The position numbers were made by a program, and so were the translations under genes. Under the pieces are notes generated by a model, which had not been told where the DNA came from, searched no databases, and saw nothing but the letters and a program-made list of their open reading frames with translations. Shown here piece after piece: positions 1 to 8,014 of a stretch of 32,000 nucleotides of DNA. The number at the start of each line of letters is the position of its first letter. Positions within the stretch are counted from its first letter, which is position 1. Source of the stretch: an uncultured Actinomycetes bacterium (GTDB lineage: Bacteria > Actinomycetota > Actinomycetes > S36-B12 > CAIYMF01); assembly GCA_963843975.1 (NCBI GenBank), contig CAWJMG010000001.1:390001-422000 (forward strand), read 5' to 3'.

Positions 1-835
1 CGGCGATCAGCGCGGTGAGCGTCGAGGGGTCGACGATGTCGCCCTTCTCGTCCACCACGAAGCAGCGGTCGGCGTCGCCGTCGAAGGCGAGGCCGAGGTC
101 GGCGCCCGTCTGGACCACCTTCGCCTGCAGGTCGCGCAGGTTCTCGGGGTCGATCGGGTTGGCCTCGTGGTTGGGGAACGTGCCGTCGAGCTCGAAGAAG
201 AGCGGCGTGATCGTGAGCGGCAGGCCGGACAGCACGGCGGGCACGGTGTGGCCGCCCATGCCGTTGCCGGCGTCGACGACGACATCGAGATGGCGGCTGG
301 CGCCCAGCGGCACGAGGGCGTTGAGGAAGGCCGCGTAGTCGGTGAGCACGTCGCGCTCGGTCACGGTGCCGGGCGGGCCGTCGACGACGGGGATGCCGGT
401 GCCCGACCACTCGAGGACGAGCGCCTTGATCTCGCGCAGGCCGGTGTCCTGGCCCACGGGCGAGGCGCCGATGCGGCAGAGCTTGATGCCGTTGTACTGC
501 GCGGGGTTGTGGCTCGCGGTGAACATCGCGCCCGGGAGCCCGAGGGACCCGGCGGCGTAGTACAGCTGGTCGGTCGAGGCGAGGCCGATGAGCACGACGT
601 CGACCCCCTGGGACGTCACACCCTCGGCGAACGCGGCCACGAGCTCGGGGCCGGACGGGCGCATGTCGCGGCCGACCACCACCGTGCCGGGGCCGCCGTC
701 GGCCGTGGCGACGCCCAGCACGCGCACGAAGGCAGCGCCGACGAGGCGGGCGATCTCGGGGCTCAGGTCGTCGGGGACGACGCCGCGCACGTCATACGCC
801 TTGATGAGGCGGTCGAGGAGTTCGGCGTCCAGCAC
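1..835 (-). CDS. manB: phosphomannomutase/phosphoglucomutase (alpha-D-phosphohexomutase); C-terminal part lies beyond the window edge
   Basis: Absent from the ORF track because there is no stop in the window. My minus-strand translation from GTG at 835 reads VLDAELLDRLIKAYDVRGVVPDDL...GRDMRPSGPELV...MFTASHNPAQYNGIKLCR...VVDAGNGMGGHTVP...AFDGDADRCFVVDEKG. TASHNP (phosphoserine loop) and DGDADR (Mg site) are phosphohexomutase hallmarks. The start codon choice is uncertain. Confidence 0.9.
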   Translation of the reverse strand, partial: MLDAELLDRLIKAYDVRGVVPDDLSPEIARLVGAAFVRVLGVATADGGPGTVVVGRDMRPSGPELVAAFAEGVTSQGVDVVLIGLASTDQLYYAAGSLGLPGAMFTASHNPAQYNGIKLCRIGASPVGQDTGLREIKALVLEWSGTGIPVVDGPPGTVTERDVLTDYAAFLNALVPLGASRHLDVVVDAGNGMGGHTVPAVLSGLPLTITPLFFELDGTFPNHEANPIDPENLRDLQAKVVQTGADLGLAFDGDADRCFVVDEKGDIVDPSTLTALIA

Positions 836-859
836 GGATGTGACCCTACACAGCGAGAA

Positions 860-873
860 GGCCGGGACCGGCC
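860..873 (-). terminator. possible intrinsic terminator after the 81-aa gene
   Basis: The minus strand reads GGCCGGUCCCGGCC (5-bp GC stem, 4-nt loop, extendable by two G-U pairs) followed by UUCUCGCUGUGU. It lies between the stop at 911 and the manB start at 835. Confidence 0.3.
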
Positions 874-910
874 CCCTCGAGGGTGGGCTCGGCCACCCCG
901 GGGCGGAAGG

Positions 911-1156
911 TCAGGTGTTCTTGCGGGCGCGGGAGAGCACGTGCTCGACCGAGAGGACCTCGTCTCCCTGCTGCCAGGTGCGGTTCTCGCACTCGAGGCA
1001 GTGGGTGAAGTCGACCTGCGAGCCGTCGGTGAGCTCCATCGAGATGCGCGTGACGCGCTCGGAGTCGCAGATGCGGCAGTAGGCTCCGGTGCGGGCACCG
1101 CGCTGGGTCAGCGAACCGAGGTGTGCGGGCTCGGCGGACTGTGTGCTTCGGGCCAT
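911..1156 (-). CDS. small zinc-ribbon-like protein (two CxxC pairs), conserved hypothetical
   Basis: Track ORF of 81 aa with CRIC and CLEC pairs 22 residues apart. GGAGGA lies 5 nt upstream of the ATG (reverse complement of 1157-1170). I do not recognise the family. Confidence 0.6.
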   Translation of the reverse strand: MARSTQSAEPAHLGSLTQRGARTGAYCRICDSERVTRISMELTDGSQVDFTHCLECENRTWQQGDEVLSVEHVLSRARKNT

Positions 1157-1310
1157 GGAGGTCCTCCCCCATCCCTTCGAGAGTGCGGTCCCCGGTCATG
1201 TGCGGACGGCGCCCCACGCGCCGACGGCCGTCCCGCCCGACGTGCCGGGTGGGTGACCGCGCTCCGGACCTTACGGGTGGTGAGAGGCCTTGGGAAGCGT
1301 CGCATGGGGT

Positions 1311-1390
1311 CAACAGTGATTATTGCGTCAGATGTTACCTGTGTGACTACTTCTCGAAACTGTTACATTACATAGCGTGAGATTCTGCTG
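1311..1390. promoter_or_regulatory. AT-rich non-coding block upstream of the 81-aa gene (putative promoter/regulator site)
   Basis: Line 1321-1380 counts 24/60 G+C, against more than 70% in flanking lines. It contains TGTTAC twice (1333-1338, 1361-1366) and several TANNNT-like hexamers on the minus strand (TATGTAAT, TAACAT). No credible ORF. Confidence 0.35.
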
Positions 1391-1475
1391 ACCGGTCACC
1401 CTCCGACCGGAGGATCGGCCACGCAGCGTGGCGAGGTGACCGGCAGTCGGACGCCCCCAGGCCGGAGAGGCTGGA

Positions 1476-1832
1476 TCAGGCGTCGACGTCGACGTCGCTG
1501 CGCAGTACCCGCAGGTGGCCGCGCCGGCCGACCTCGACCATCGGCGGAGCCGTGACCCGGGGGCGCGCCGCCTCACGGACGGCGTCGGCGAGGGCCTCGA
1601 GGTCGTCGCTGGACGGGCGCAGCGCCTCGGGATCGGGCTCGAGGCGGACGACCTCCCAGCCGCGCGGCGCGGTCATCCGCTCCGAGTGCTGGGCGCAGAG
1701 GTCGTAGCAGTGGGGCTCGGCGTAGGTCGCGAGCGGGCCGAGCACGGCGGTCTGGTCGGCGTAGACGTACGTCAGCGTCGCCACGGCTGCACGGGTGCAG
1801 GAGGGCTTGGAGCAGCGCCGGACCGGACTCAC
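1476..1832 (-). CDS. DUF3499-type conserved actinobacterial protein
   Basis: Track ORF of 118 aa: MSPVRRCSKPSCTRAAVATLTYVYADQTAVLGPLATYAEPHCYDLCAQHSERMTAPRGWEVVRL. This matches the DUF3499 pattern as I recall it. GTG start. Confidence 0.85.
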   Translation of the reverse strand: MSPVRRCSKPSCTRAAVATLTYVYADQTAVLGPLATYAEPHCYDLCAQHSERMTAPRGWEVVRLEPDPEALRPSSDDLEALADAVREAARPRVTAPPMVEVGRRGHLRVLRSDVDVDA

Positions 1833-1838
1833 GTCGCG

Positions 1839-1844
1839 AATCTA
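1839..1844 (-). promoter_or_regulatory. -10-like hexamer TAGATT 6 nt upstream of the DUF3499 GTG (leaderless arrangement)
   Basis: The minus strand reads ...ccgTAGATTcgcgacGTG. There is no Shine-Dalgarno between the hexamer and the start. Confidence 0.4.
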
Positions 1845-1905
1845 CGGCGGCGCACCGACACCGCCCCGCATCGCCACGCGGTGTTTATGGGCGGTGCACC
1901 CGGAG

Positions 1906-2334
1906 TCAGTCCGTCGGCTCGTCGTACGACGGGTCCAGGTCGCCTGGGGCCACACCGAGGGCGTCGGCCAGCTGCTCGGCCACGAGGTCGCGCAGGAGGT
2001 CGATGCGCGCGGGCCGATCCGGGGCACGGAGCTCGACGGGACGGCGGAACACCACGACGGTCACGGGTGCCTCGGACGGTCCGCGGCCGAGGCGGTAGCC
2101 GGCCAGCGGCACGTCGACCAGGTCGCCCGACCCCGCGGCGTCCGCCACCGGGGGCGCGTCCTGGATCTCGACGTCGACGGCCGCCACATGCACCCGCCAC
2201 CGAGGCTCGAGCCGGTCGACGGCGGCGCCGACCAGGTCGCCGAACCGCTCCATGCGCGTGACCGACGCGGGCGAGGACGCGGGCGCCACCGGCCCCCGGA
2301 GGCCGCGCCCGTGCCGGTCGCGCCGCCCGGTCAT
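1906..2334 (-). CDS. 'metallopeptidase family'-like small protein (no HExxH present)
   Basis: Uses the internal ATG at 2334 of the over-extended 665-aa track ORF. The 142-aa product begins MTGRRDRHGRGLRGPVAP..., the N-terminus I associate with the actinobacterial family found beside DUF3499. An ATGA overlap joins it to the upstream gene stop (2331-2334). Confidence 0.8.
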   Translation of the reverse strand: MTGRRDRHGRGLRGPVAPASSPASVTRMERFGDLVGAAVDRLEPRWRVHVAAVDVEIQDAPPVADAAGSGDLVDVPLAGYRLGRGPSEAPVTVVVFRRPVELRAPDRPARIDLLRDLVAEQLADALGVAPGDLDPSYDEPTD

Positions 2335-3800
2335 CCCAGCCCGCTGCCGGGGTCGGAGACGACGGGCGGGACGGTCGTGGTGGCGCGCGTCGGAAGCACC
2401 GGGGCGAGAGCGAGGAGCGGGCCGCGGGGACCGCGCTCGGTCAGCTCGCGCGTGACGTGCACGGGCCCGGGCCCGAGCGGTGTGATCACCAGCAGCGAGT
2501 CGTTCGTCGTGACGTCGACCAGGATGCGCGCGTAGCGGCCGCCCGCGACCGGAAGCGTGCGGGTCCAGGTGGGTGTCGTCGCACCACCGACGTACAGGTC
2601 GAGGCGTACGCCGGTGTCGCCCGCGGGCGCCGCGACGCCGACCACGTGGCGGACGGTGCCGGTGCCGAGGCCGACGACGATGCCCGGGGCGGTCAGGGCC
2701 GGGGTGCCGGCCGTGACGTCGCCCTCCTTGAGCTGGGTGCCGGTGCCGGTGGTGACGACGACGGCCGCGACGACCGGGGAGTCGGCGGTGACGAGCACCG
2801 CGGACGGCTCGCCGGCGAGGGCGTCGGTGAGGTCGACCGACGCCAGCGTGTTGCCGTCGAGGGTGACCGACTCCAGGCCGACCGGGGTGATCGCGCCGTC
2901 CTGGGTGAGCAGCTTGACCTTGGCCTCGGCAGGGCCGGTGGGCGAGATCAGCAGCAGCGTCGCCGTGGCGACCTTGGGGATGTCGGGGATGACGACCGAG
3001 CGACCCGCCTGCGTCACCGGCAGCGCCGACATGCCGAGCGGGATGAGGCCGTCCGACGCCGTCTCCAGCGCCGACACGGCGATGCGGCCGGTGCGCGCGA
3101 TCACGTGGACCGCGGTGACGGTCTGGTCGGGCGCCAGCGCCGAGAGCCGTACGACGCTGCGCGAGAGCGGCGGCACGACGACGCCGGAGCCCGCGGGCGA
3201 CACGACCTCGCCCTCCGCGCCGTACACCAGCAGGTCGACCTGGGCCGCGCGGTCGTCGTCGTTGACGAGGAGCACCTGCGCGGTGCGTCCGACGGTGGAC
3301 GAGCCGCCCAGGATCCAGCCGTCGGTGATGGGCCGGGCGCACGGCGACGCCGCCAGGCCTCGCGTGGCGCCCTGACCCGAGCGCGCGATCTGGTCGGCGC
3401 CGAAGCCGGCGGCCCACGACCCGGTGGCGCGCGCGGTGCGCGGCGACGACGGCTTGTCCGCGATGACGTCGCTGACGACCTGCCCGGCCGACTCGATCAC
3501 CTTGGGCTTCGCGCCGGCCGACTTCGTCAGCGACGCCAGGGTCGCGCCGCCGTCGGACACGCCGGGGACCGGCGCGACGCCTGCGCTCACCGTCGACACG
3601 AGCGCTGAGGTGGCGACCGTGATCGGGCAGAGCAGCTCGGCCGAGGCGACCGGCTCGACGACCGGCTCGACGACGGTGCTCACCGGCTCCGGTGCGGCGA
3701 GCGTGCCGAGGCCCGCCACGAGAAGGAGCACTCCCGCGCCGGCGAGCACGGAGCCCCACGGGCGCCGCAGCGCGGCCAGCACGGTGGCGGTGCCGCTCAT
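2331..3800 (-). CDS. membrane-anchored extracytoplasmic protein, DUF5719-like
   Basis: Track ORF of 489 aa. It has an N-terminal anchor (VLAGAGVLLLVAGLGTLAA) followed by an Ala/Val/Thr/Gly-rich body. Its position between the GT2 gene and the metallopeptidase-like gene matches DUF5719-type proteins (recollection, not searched). ATGA overlaps occur at both ends. Confidence 0.75.
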   Translation of the reverse strand: MSGTATVLAALRRPWGSVLAGAGVLLLVAGLGTLAAPEPVSTVVEPVVEPVASAELLCPITVATSALVSTVSAGVAPVPGVSDGGATLASLTKSAGAKPKVIESAGQVVSDVIADKPSSPRTARATGSWAAGFGADQIARSGQGATRGLAASPCARPITDGWILGGSSTVGRTAQVLLVNDDDRAAQVDLLVYGAEGEVVSPAGSGVVVPPLSRSVVRLSALAPDQTVTAVHVIARTGRIAVSALETASDGLIPLGMSALPVTQAGRSVVIPDIPKVATATLLLISPTGPAEAKVKLLTQDGAITPVGLESVTLDGNTLASVDLTDALAGEPSAVLVTADSPVVAAVVVTTGTGTQLKEGDVTAGTPALTAPGIVVGLGTGTVRHVVGVAAPAGDTGVRLDLYVGGATTPTWTRTLPVAGGRYARILVDVTTNDSLLVITPLGPGPVHVTRELTERGPRGPLLALAPVLPTRATTTVPPVVSDPGSGLG

Positions 3801-6800
3801 GAGGCCACCTCCGCGGGGGCGACGGCCTCGACCGGCTCGACCGGCTCGGCGACCACGACCGGCTCGACGTCGGCGAGGTCGTCGATGTCGTCGTCGTCCT
3901 CACGGCGTCGGGCGGGGAGCGCGAGGACGACGGTGAGGGCGAGCGCGATGCCCTGCACCCACAGCCATGCGGCCCTGGTGGAGCCGTCGTACACGATGCG
4001 CACGGGGACCCCGGCGGCCCCGAGCGGCACCTGCTGCAGCGACAGGTCGACGACCTCGCCGTCGGTCGGCGCCGAGCCGGTGGCGGGCTGCCCGTCGACG
4101 GTGAAGCGCCACCGGCTGTCGTACGCCTCGGCGAGGACGAGGTTGCGCACGGCCGGGCCCGCGGCGACGTCGGAGTCGACGACGGTGGTGACGCGCGGGT
4201 CGCCGCCCTGCGTCGGCACAGCCTCGGCCACGCGGACCGGGACGCCGTTCACCGTGGTCGAGGCGACGGTGAGCGAGCGGGCCGAGGTGGGCACGAGCTC
4301 CCACAGCGTGTCGCCCTCGCGCGCGGCGACGCGGCGCAGGCCTCGCTGGCTGTCCAGCGAGCTGGCGAGCGGGTCCTCGGCGCCGCGCGCGTCGGCGAGA
4401 ACGACGTACCGGATGCCGTGGGTGGCGAGGTCGTCGACCTCGCTGGCGCCGATGCCTGCGGCCATGCGCGCGACGAGCCGGTCGAGCACGACCGAGGTCG
4501 CGAGCGGCGGTGCGACGTCGCGGTCGCCCGTCTGCGGCTCGGGCTCGGACATCAGGTCGTAGACGAGCGCCGCGCCCTCACCGCGTCGCAGCACCAGGGC
4601 GCGCGGCCTCTCGTCGCCGCGCATCTCGGCGGCCACGAACGCCGGCAGCACCGTGCGGTCGCCGCGCCGCAGCGGGCCGTCGACGCCCAAGACGAGCAGC
4701 GCGAGGGCACCGATCGGTGCGAGGACGAGCAGCACGACGAGCGCGACGACGGTCGGCTGGCGCCAGCCGAAGTCGCGGCCCGAGAGGTGCTGCGGGACGA
4801 GGTCGACGGTGAGGGCGATCGCCACGATGAGCGCGCCCGCCCACAGGGCCGTCGGTACGCCGGGCCACGGGGTGATCTGGCCCTGCACCGACGGGAGGCT
4901 GACGCGGAGCACCGTCATGACGACGGCCGTGACGAGCCCGACGAGCCCGACGAGCCACGCGGCGGCGACCGCACGACGCCGACCGGGCACGCCGAGGCAG
5001 CCGAGCCCCGCCACCACGATGCCGAGGCCGAGCCACAGCGGCGACGAGCCGGGGCCGCCCGGGCGCAGGAGCACGACGTCGAACGCCGTGAGGCTCGGGT
5101 CGACCGGCCCGGAGATGCCCGGCTCGAGCAGCAGGAGCGCGGGCTCGCGCAGGAGCCGCAGGCTCCACGGCACGAGCAGGAGCGCGGGCAGGAGCACCGT
5201 GACGGCGAGGCGGATGCGCGCGGCCGCTCCACGCGCGACGGTGAACGCGGCCACCACCGCGAGCGGCACCGCCATCACCCACACGACGGGTGTGAACGCT
5301 GCGACGACCGACAGCAGCAGGCCGGTGCCGAACGCGCGCCGCCACGTGACCGGGCGGCCGACGCCGACGAGCCGGGCCGACGACCGCACCAGCCACGGCA
5401 GGAGGACGAGCGCGGCGGCGCTGCCGAGGCGGCCGCCGGACAGCGCGCCCGTGAAGGCCGGCAGCGTGGCGTACGCCGCGACGGCCCAGATGCGCGCGGG
5501 CAGCGAGACCGGGAGCCCGCGCAGGGCCAGCCACGAGGTGAGGCCCGCGAGGGGGATCGACAGCAGGAGGACGACGTCCACCGCGACCGATGCCGACCCG
5601 CGCATGAGGCCGGCGAGCAGGAAGATCGGCAGCAGCCAGGCAGGCGAGTCCGACGCCGAGCCGACGCCGATCTGGTGCCACGCGGTGGTGTACGCCGACC
5701 ACAGGTCGCCCGCGCCCTCGGGAGCCGGCTGCAGCGCGCCGCCGAGGAGCACGCCGTCGCCGAGGAGTCCGCGCACGCCGACGAGCGTCGTGACGAGGAG
5801 GCCGAGGACGACGAGCGTGCCGGGGCGGCTGAGCGCCCGGCGCAGCCGCGAGGGCCGCGCGTCGTCGTCGTACCAGCCCTCGGGGTCGTCGTTGGTGGAG
5901 TCGAGCACCGAGCGCGTGACGTCGGCCTGCTCGCGACCGGCGACGAGGACGGCGACGCTGTCGACCGCGTGCCGGAGCTGGGCGCCCCGGGCGGCGAGCA
6001 GCGTGCGCACGTCCTTCTCCGGCACCGCTCCCGGGGCTGCGGCTGCCTCGGCGACGCGGGCGCGCGAGGCGCGCAGGCCGGAGCGGTCGCGCACCGAGTC
6101 GCGGAACGCGCCCCACTCGTCGCGGGCGGCGTCCGGGTCCTTGCCCAGCAGCAGGCCGAGGGCGCGCAACAGCGAGCCGAGGAGCTGGCGCAGCGTGACG
6201 AGAGGGCCGAGGACACCGGTCGCGTGCGCGCGCATGAGGTGGACGGCGGACGCGCGGTCGATGCGGTGCGGGCGCTCGGGGTGCGGCGGGTTGCCGGAGT
6301 GGACGTCCCGGCGTCCGTGCGCGGCCGCCTCACGGTGGTGCACGACCGCGTCGGTCGCGACCATGACGCGGTGGCCCGCGCGGCGCGCGCGCCAGCAGAG
6401 GTCGACGTCGTCGCGGAAGAACGGCAGGGCAGGGTCCATGCCGCCGAGGGCGTCCCAGACCTCGCGGCGCACGAGCATCCCGGCGCTGCTGACGGCGAGG
6501 ACGTCGCGGTCGCCGTCGTGCTGGCCCTGGTCGAGCTCGCGCCGCTCGAGGCCGGTCCACCGGTTGCCGGAGCGGGCCACGCTGACGCCGACCTCGAGCA
6601 GTGCGGCGCGGTTGCCCCAGCCGCGCACCTTGGGGCCGAGGATGTCGGCGCTGCGGTGGCGGTCGGCCGTGCGCAGCAGCGCCTCGAGCGCGTGCGCGTC
6701 GGGCGCGCTGTCGTCGTGCAGCAGCCAGATCCAGCGGACGGCGGCCTCGTCGGGGTCGGAGCCCTCCGGTGCGGGCACCGCGCGCCGCGGCGCGGTGGCC

Positions 6801-7450
6801 GACGCGTCGACACCGCGCTGGACGGCGGCGCCGTACCCGGTGTCGCGCTCGACCGTCACGACCGACGAGACGAGACCGGCCTCGATGCCGCGAGCCAGCA
6901 GACCTGGGGTGTCGTCGGTGCTGCCGGTGTCGACGGCGACGAGCCGGTCGGGCACGCGCGTCGCGCGACCGAGGGCGGTGAGGACCGCGGGGAGCCAGCG
7001 GTGGCCGTCGTGGGCGACGAGCACCGCGCAGACGTCGTGGCGCCGCGGCGGCCGGTCGTCGGTGAGGTCCTCGACGTCGAAGATGCCGGGCAGGTCGTCC
7101 TCGTCCACGACGGGCGTGGGCTCGGACGCTGCCTGCGCGGTGGCGTTGGCGTCGGCGTGGGCCGCCTCCTCCGCCGCCTCGCGCTCGAGCGGGCCCGGCT
7201 CGTCGACCGCGGGCTCGGTGATCCCGGGCACGGGGTCGGTGTCTGGGTCGGTGTCCGGGTCGGGCCCCGGCTCATCCGTCGACGGCCCTGCGTCAGTGGT
7301 CGCGTCGGGCTCGGTGGTGCCTGAGGTGGTCGCCACGATCTCGGTGACGTCGTGGTCCTCGCCGTGGAGGTCGGCGGAGAGGTCGCGCACGTGCTCGCCG
7401 AGGCGGCGGAGCTCCTCGAGCGAGTCGGGAGCAGGCTCGTCGTGGGACAT
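3797..7450 (-). CDS. glycosyltransferase family 2 domain fused to a large polytopic membrane region and a C-terminal extracytoplasmic domain
   Basis: Track ORF of 1217 aa. It has an acidic/Pro-rich N-tail and a GT-A core ([14 protein letters not shown]...[11 protein letters not shown]...[10 protein letters not shown]...[19 protein letters not shown]). This is followed by more than 10 hydrophobic helices, a beta-rich domain and a terminal anchor ([14 protein letters not shown]). Confidence 0.85.
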   Translation of the reverse strand: MSHDEPAPDSLEELRRLGEHVRDLSADLHGEDHDVTEIVATTSGTTEPDATTDAGPSTDEPGPDPDTDPDTDPVPGITEPAVDEPGPLEREAAEEAAHADANATAQAASEPTPVVDEDDLPGIFDVEDLTDDRPPRRHDVCAVLVAHDGHRWLPAVLTALGRATRVPDRLVAVDTGSTDDTPGLLARGIEAGLVSSVVTVERDTGYGAAVQRGVDASATAPRRAVPAPEGSDPDEAAVRWIWLLHDDSAPDAHALEALLRTADRHRSADILGPKVRGWGNRAALLEVGVSVARSGNRWTGLERRELDQGQHDGDRDVLAVSSAGMLVRREVWDALGGMDPALPFFRDDVDLCWRARRAGHRVMVATDAVVHHREAAAHGRRDVHSGNPPHPERPHRIDRASAVHLMRAHATGVLGPLVTLRQLLGSLLRALGLLLGKDPDAARDEWGAFRDSVRDRSGLRASRARVAEAAAAPGAVPEKDVRTLLAARGAQLRHAVDSVAVLVAGREQADVTRSVLDSTNDDPEGWYDDDARPSRLRRALSRPGTLVVLGLLVTTLVGVRGLLGDGVLLGGALQPAPEGAGDLWSAYTTAWHQIGVGSASDSPAWLLPIFLLAGLMRGSASVAVDVVLLLSIPLAGLTSWLALRGLPVSLPARIWAVAAYATLPAFTGALSGGRLGSAAALVLLPWLVRSSARLVGVGRPVTWRRAFGTGLLLSVVAAFTPVVWVMAVPLAVVAAFTVARGAAARIRLAVTVLLPALLLVPWSLRLLREPALLLLEPGISGPVDPSLTAFDVVLLRPGGPGSSPLWLGLGIVVAGLGCLGVPGRRRAVAAAWLVGLVGLVTAVVMTVLRVSLPSVQGQITPWPGVPTALWAGALIVAIALTVDLVPQHLSGRDFGWRQPTVVALVVLLVLAPIGALALLVLGVDGPLRRGDRTVLPAFVAAEMRGDERPRALVLRRGEGAALVYDLMSEPEPQTGDRDVAPPLATSVVLDRLVARMAAGIGASEVDDLATHGIRYVVLADARGAEDPLASSLDSQRGLRRVAAREGDTLWELVPTSARSLTVASTTVNGVPVRVAEAVPTQGGDPRVTTVVDSDVAAGPAVRNLVLAEAYDSRWRFTVDGQPATGSAPTDGEVVDLSLQQVPLGAAGVPVRIVYDGSTRAAWLWVQGIALALTVVLALPARRREDDDDIDDLADVEPVVVAEPVEPVEAVAPAEVAS
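7233..7268. repeat. 12-nt tandem repeat (about 2.5-3 units, GGGTCGGTGTCY) inside the GT2 gene
   Basis: gggtcggtgtct gggtcggtgtcc gggtcgggcccc; it encodes the [11 protein letters not shown] tract of the N-terminal tail. Confidence 0.8.
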
Positions 7451-7459
7451 GGCTCGACG

Positions 7460-7465
7460 ACCCTA
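7460..7465 (-). promoter_or_regulatory. -10-like TAGGGT 9 nt upstream of the GT2 ATG (very short or no leader)
   Basis: The minus strand reads ...gcgTAGGGTcgtcgagccATG, with no SD. Confidence 0.3.
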
Positions 7466-7485
7466 CGCGACGCAGATGGGTGGTT

Positions 7486-7509
7486 CGTCCTCCCCTCGGG
7501 AGGGGGACG
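7486..7509 (-). terminator. hairpin between the whiB stop and the GT2 promoter region
   Basis: The minus strand reads CGU-CCC-CCUCCC-GAG-GGGAGG-ACG: a 6-bp plus 3-bp stem with a 3-nt bulge and a 3-nt loop. There is no U tract, which is common in actinobacteria. Confidence 0.3.
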
Positions 7510-7535
7510 TCACGGTCGTGGTGCGACCGAGCTGA

Positions 7536-7799
7536 CTAGACGGCCTGCTTCTTCAGGCGACGGCGCTCGCGCTCGGAGAGGCCGCCCCAGATGCCGAAGC
7601 GCTCGTCGTGGTCGAGGGCGTACTCGAGGCACTCGACGCGGACCTCGCAGGTGGTGCAGACGCGCTTGGCCTCGCGGGTGGAGCCGCCCTTCTCCGGGAA
7701 GAAGGCCTCAGGGTCGGTCTGCGCGCAGAGCGCCCGTTCCTGCCAGCCGAGCTCCTCGGCGTCGGTCAACGGCAGGACGGTGGCATTGCTGCTGCTCAC
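7536..7799 (-). CDS. whiB: WhiB-family Fe-S transcriptional regulator (WhiB/WhiB2/WhmD class)
   Basis: The real start is GTG 7799 (GAGGAGG 7 nt upstream), inside an over-extended 446-aa track ORF. The 87-aa product contains [40 protein letters not shown]...[19 protein letters not shown]. It has four Cys, the GIWGG turn and a basic tail. Confidence 0.92.
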   Translation of the reverse strand: MSSSNATVLPLTDAEELGWQERALCAQTDPEAFFPEKGGSTREAKRVCTTCEVRVECLEYALDHDERFGIWGGLSERERRRLKKQAV

Positions 7800-7892
7800 C
7801 GGTAAACCTCCTCGACCGTGGCCTCGTGCGCTTCGCGACGCACGTGACCGGATTCCCCACGTCCGGACGCTTGCGCTCCGGCGTTGGGGGGA

Positions 7893-7922
7893 ATTACACC
7901 GATGTAAGTGTCCGCGAGTCAA
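7893..7922 (-). promoter_or_regulatory. putative housekeeping-sigma promoter of whiB
   Basis: The minus strand reads TTGACT (7922-7917), an 18-nt spacer, then TGTAAT (7898-7893). This implies a leader of roughly 85-90 nt. Confidence 0.45.
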
Positions 7923-8014
7923 CCCCAGGGCCGCATACCGGCCGAACGGCTGAGGCGTCCGGGAGGTCGCGAAATCCCGCTGGCCCCAACACGCCCGGGC
8001 GCGGGGGTGGGCCC

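Noticed and set aside
1342-1367. CRP/GlxR half-site (TGTGA), LexA SOS-box half-site (TCGAAA-N4-…) and a BldD-like TNAC-N5-GTNA site in the AT-rich block
   Set aside because: Only single half-sites or wrong spacing are present (for example TCAC-N4-GTAA on the minus strand). No full palindrome matches any matrix I know.
167-1375. 402-aa plus-strand ORF (and other small ORFs at 15-1098) overlapping manB and the zinc-ribbon gene
   Set aside because: It is antisense to a gene with unmistakable phosphohexomutase motifs. Its product is Arg/Gly/Ala/Glu-rich low-complexity sequence, typical of shadow ORFs in GC-rich DNA.
1906-3903. Over-extended track ORFs, for example the 665-aa ORF here, 7536-8876 (446 aa), 10437-11741, 21304-23340, 22215-24134, 22242-23948, 19627-20247 and 30471-31913
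   Set aside because: In each case only the C-terminal part matches a recognisable family. An in-frame internal start with an RBS, -10 context or stop/start overlap gives the expected protein length. The upstream extension overlaps a neighbouring real gene.
4418-7535. 968-aa and 960-aa plus-strand ORFs, plus 512-aa alternate-frame minus ORFs, across the GT2 gene
   Set aside because: Their products are Arg/Pro/Gly/Ser-dominated with no domain signatures. The 3797-7450 minus frame has a clear GT2 core and TM helices, so these are GC-driven open frames.
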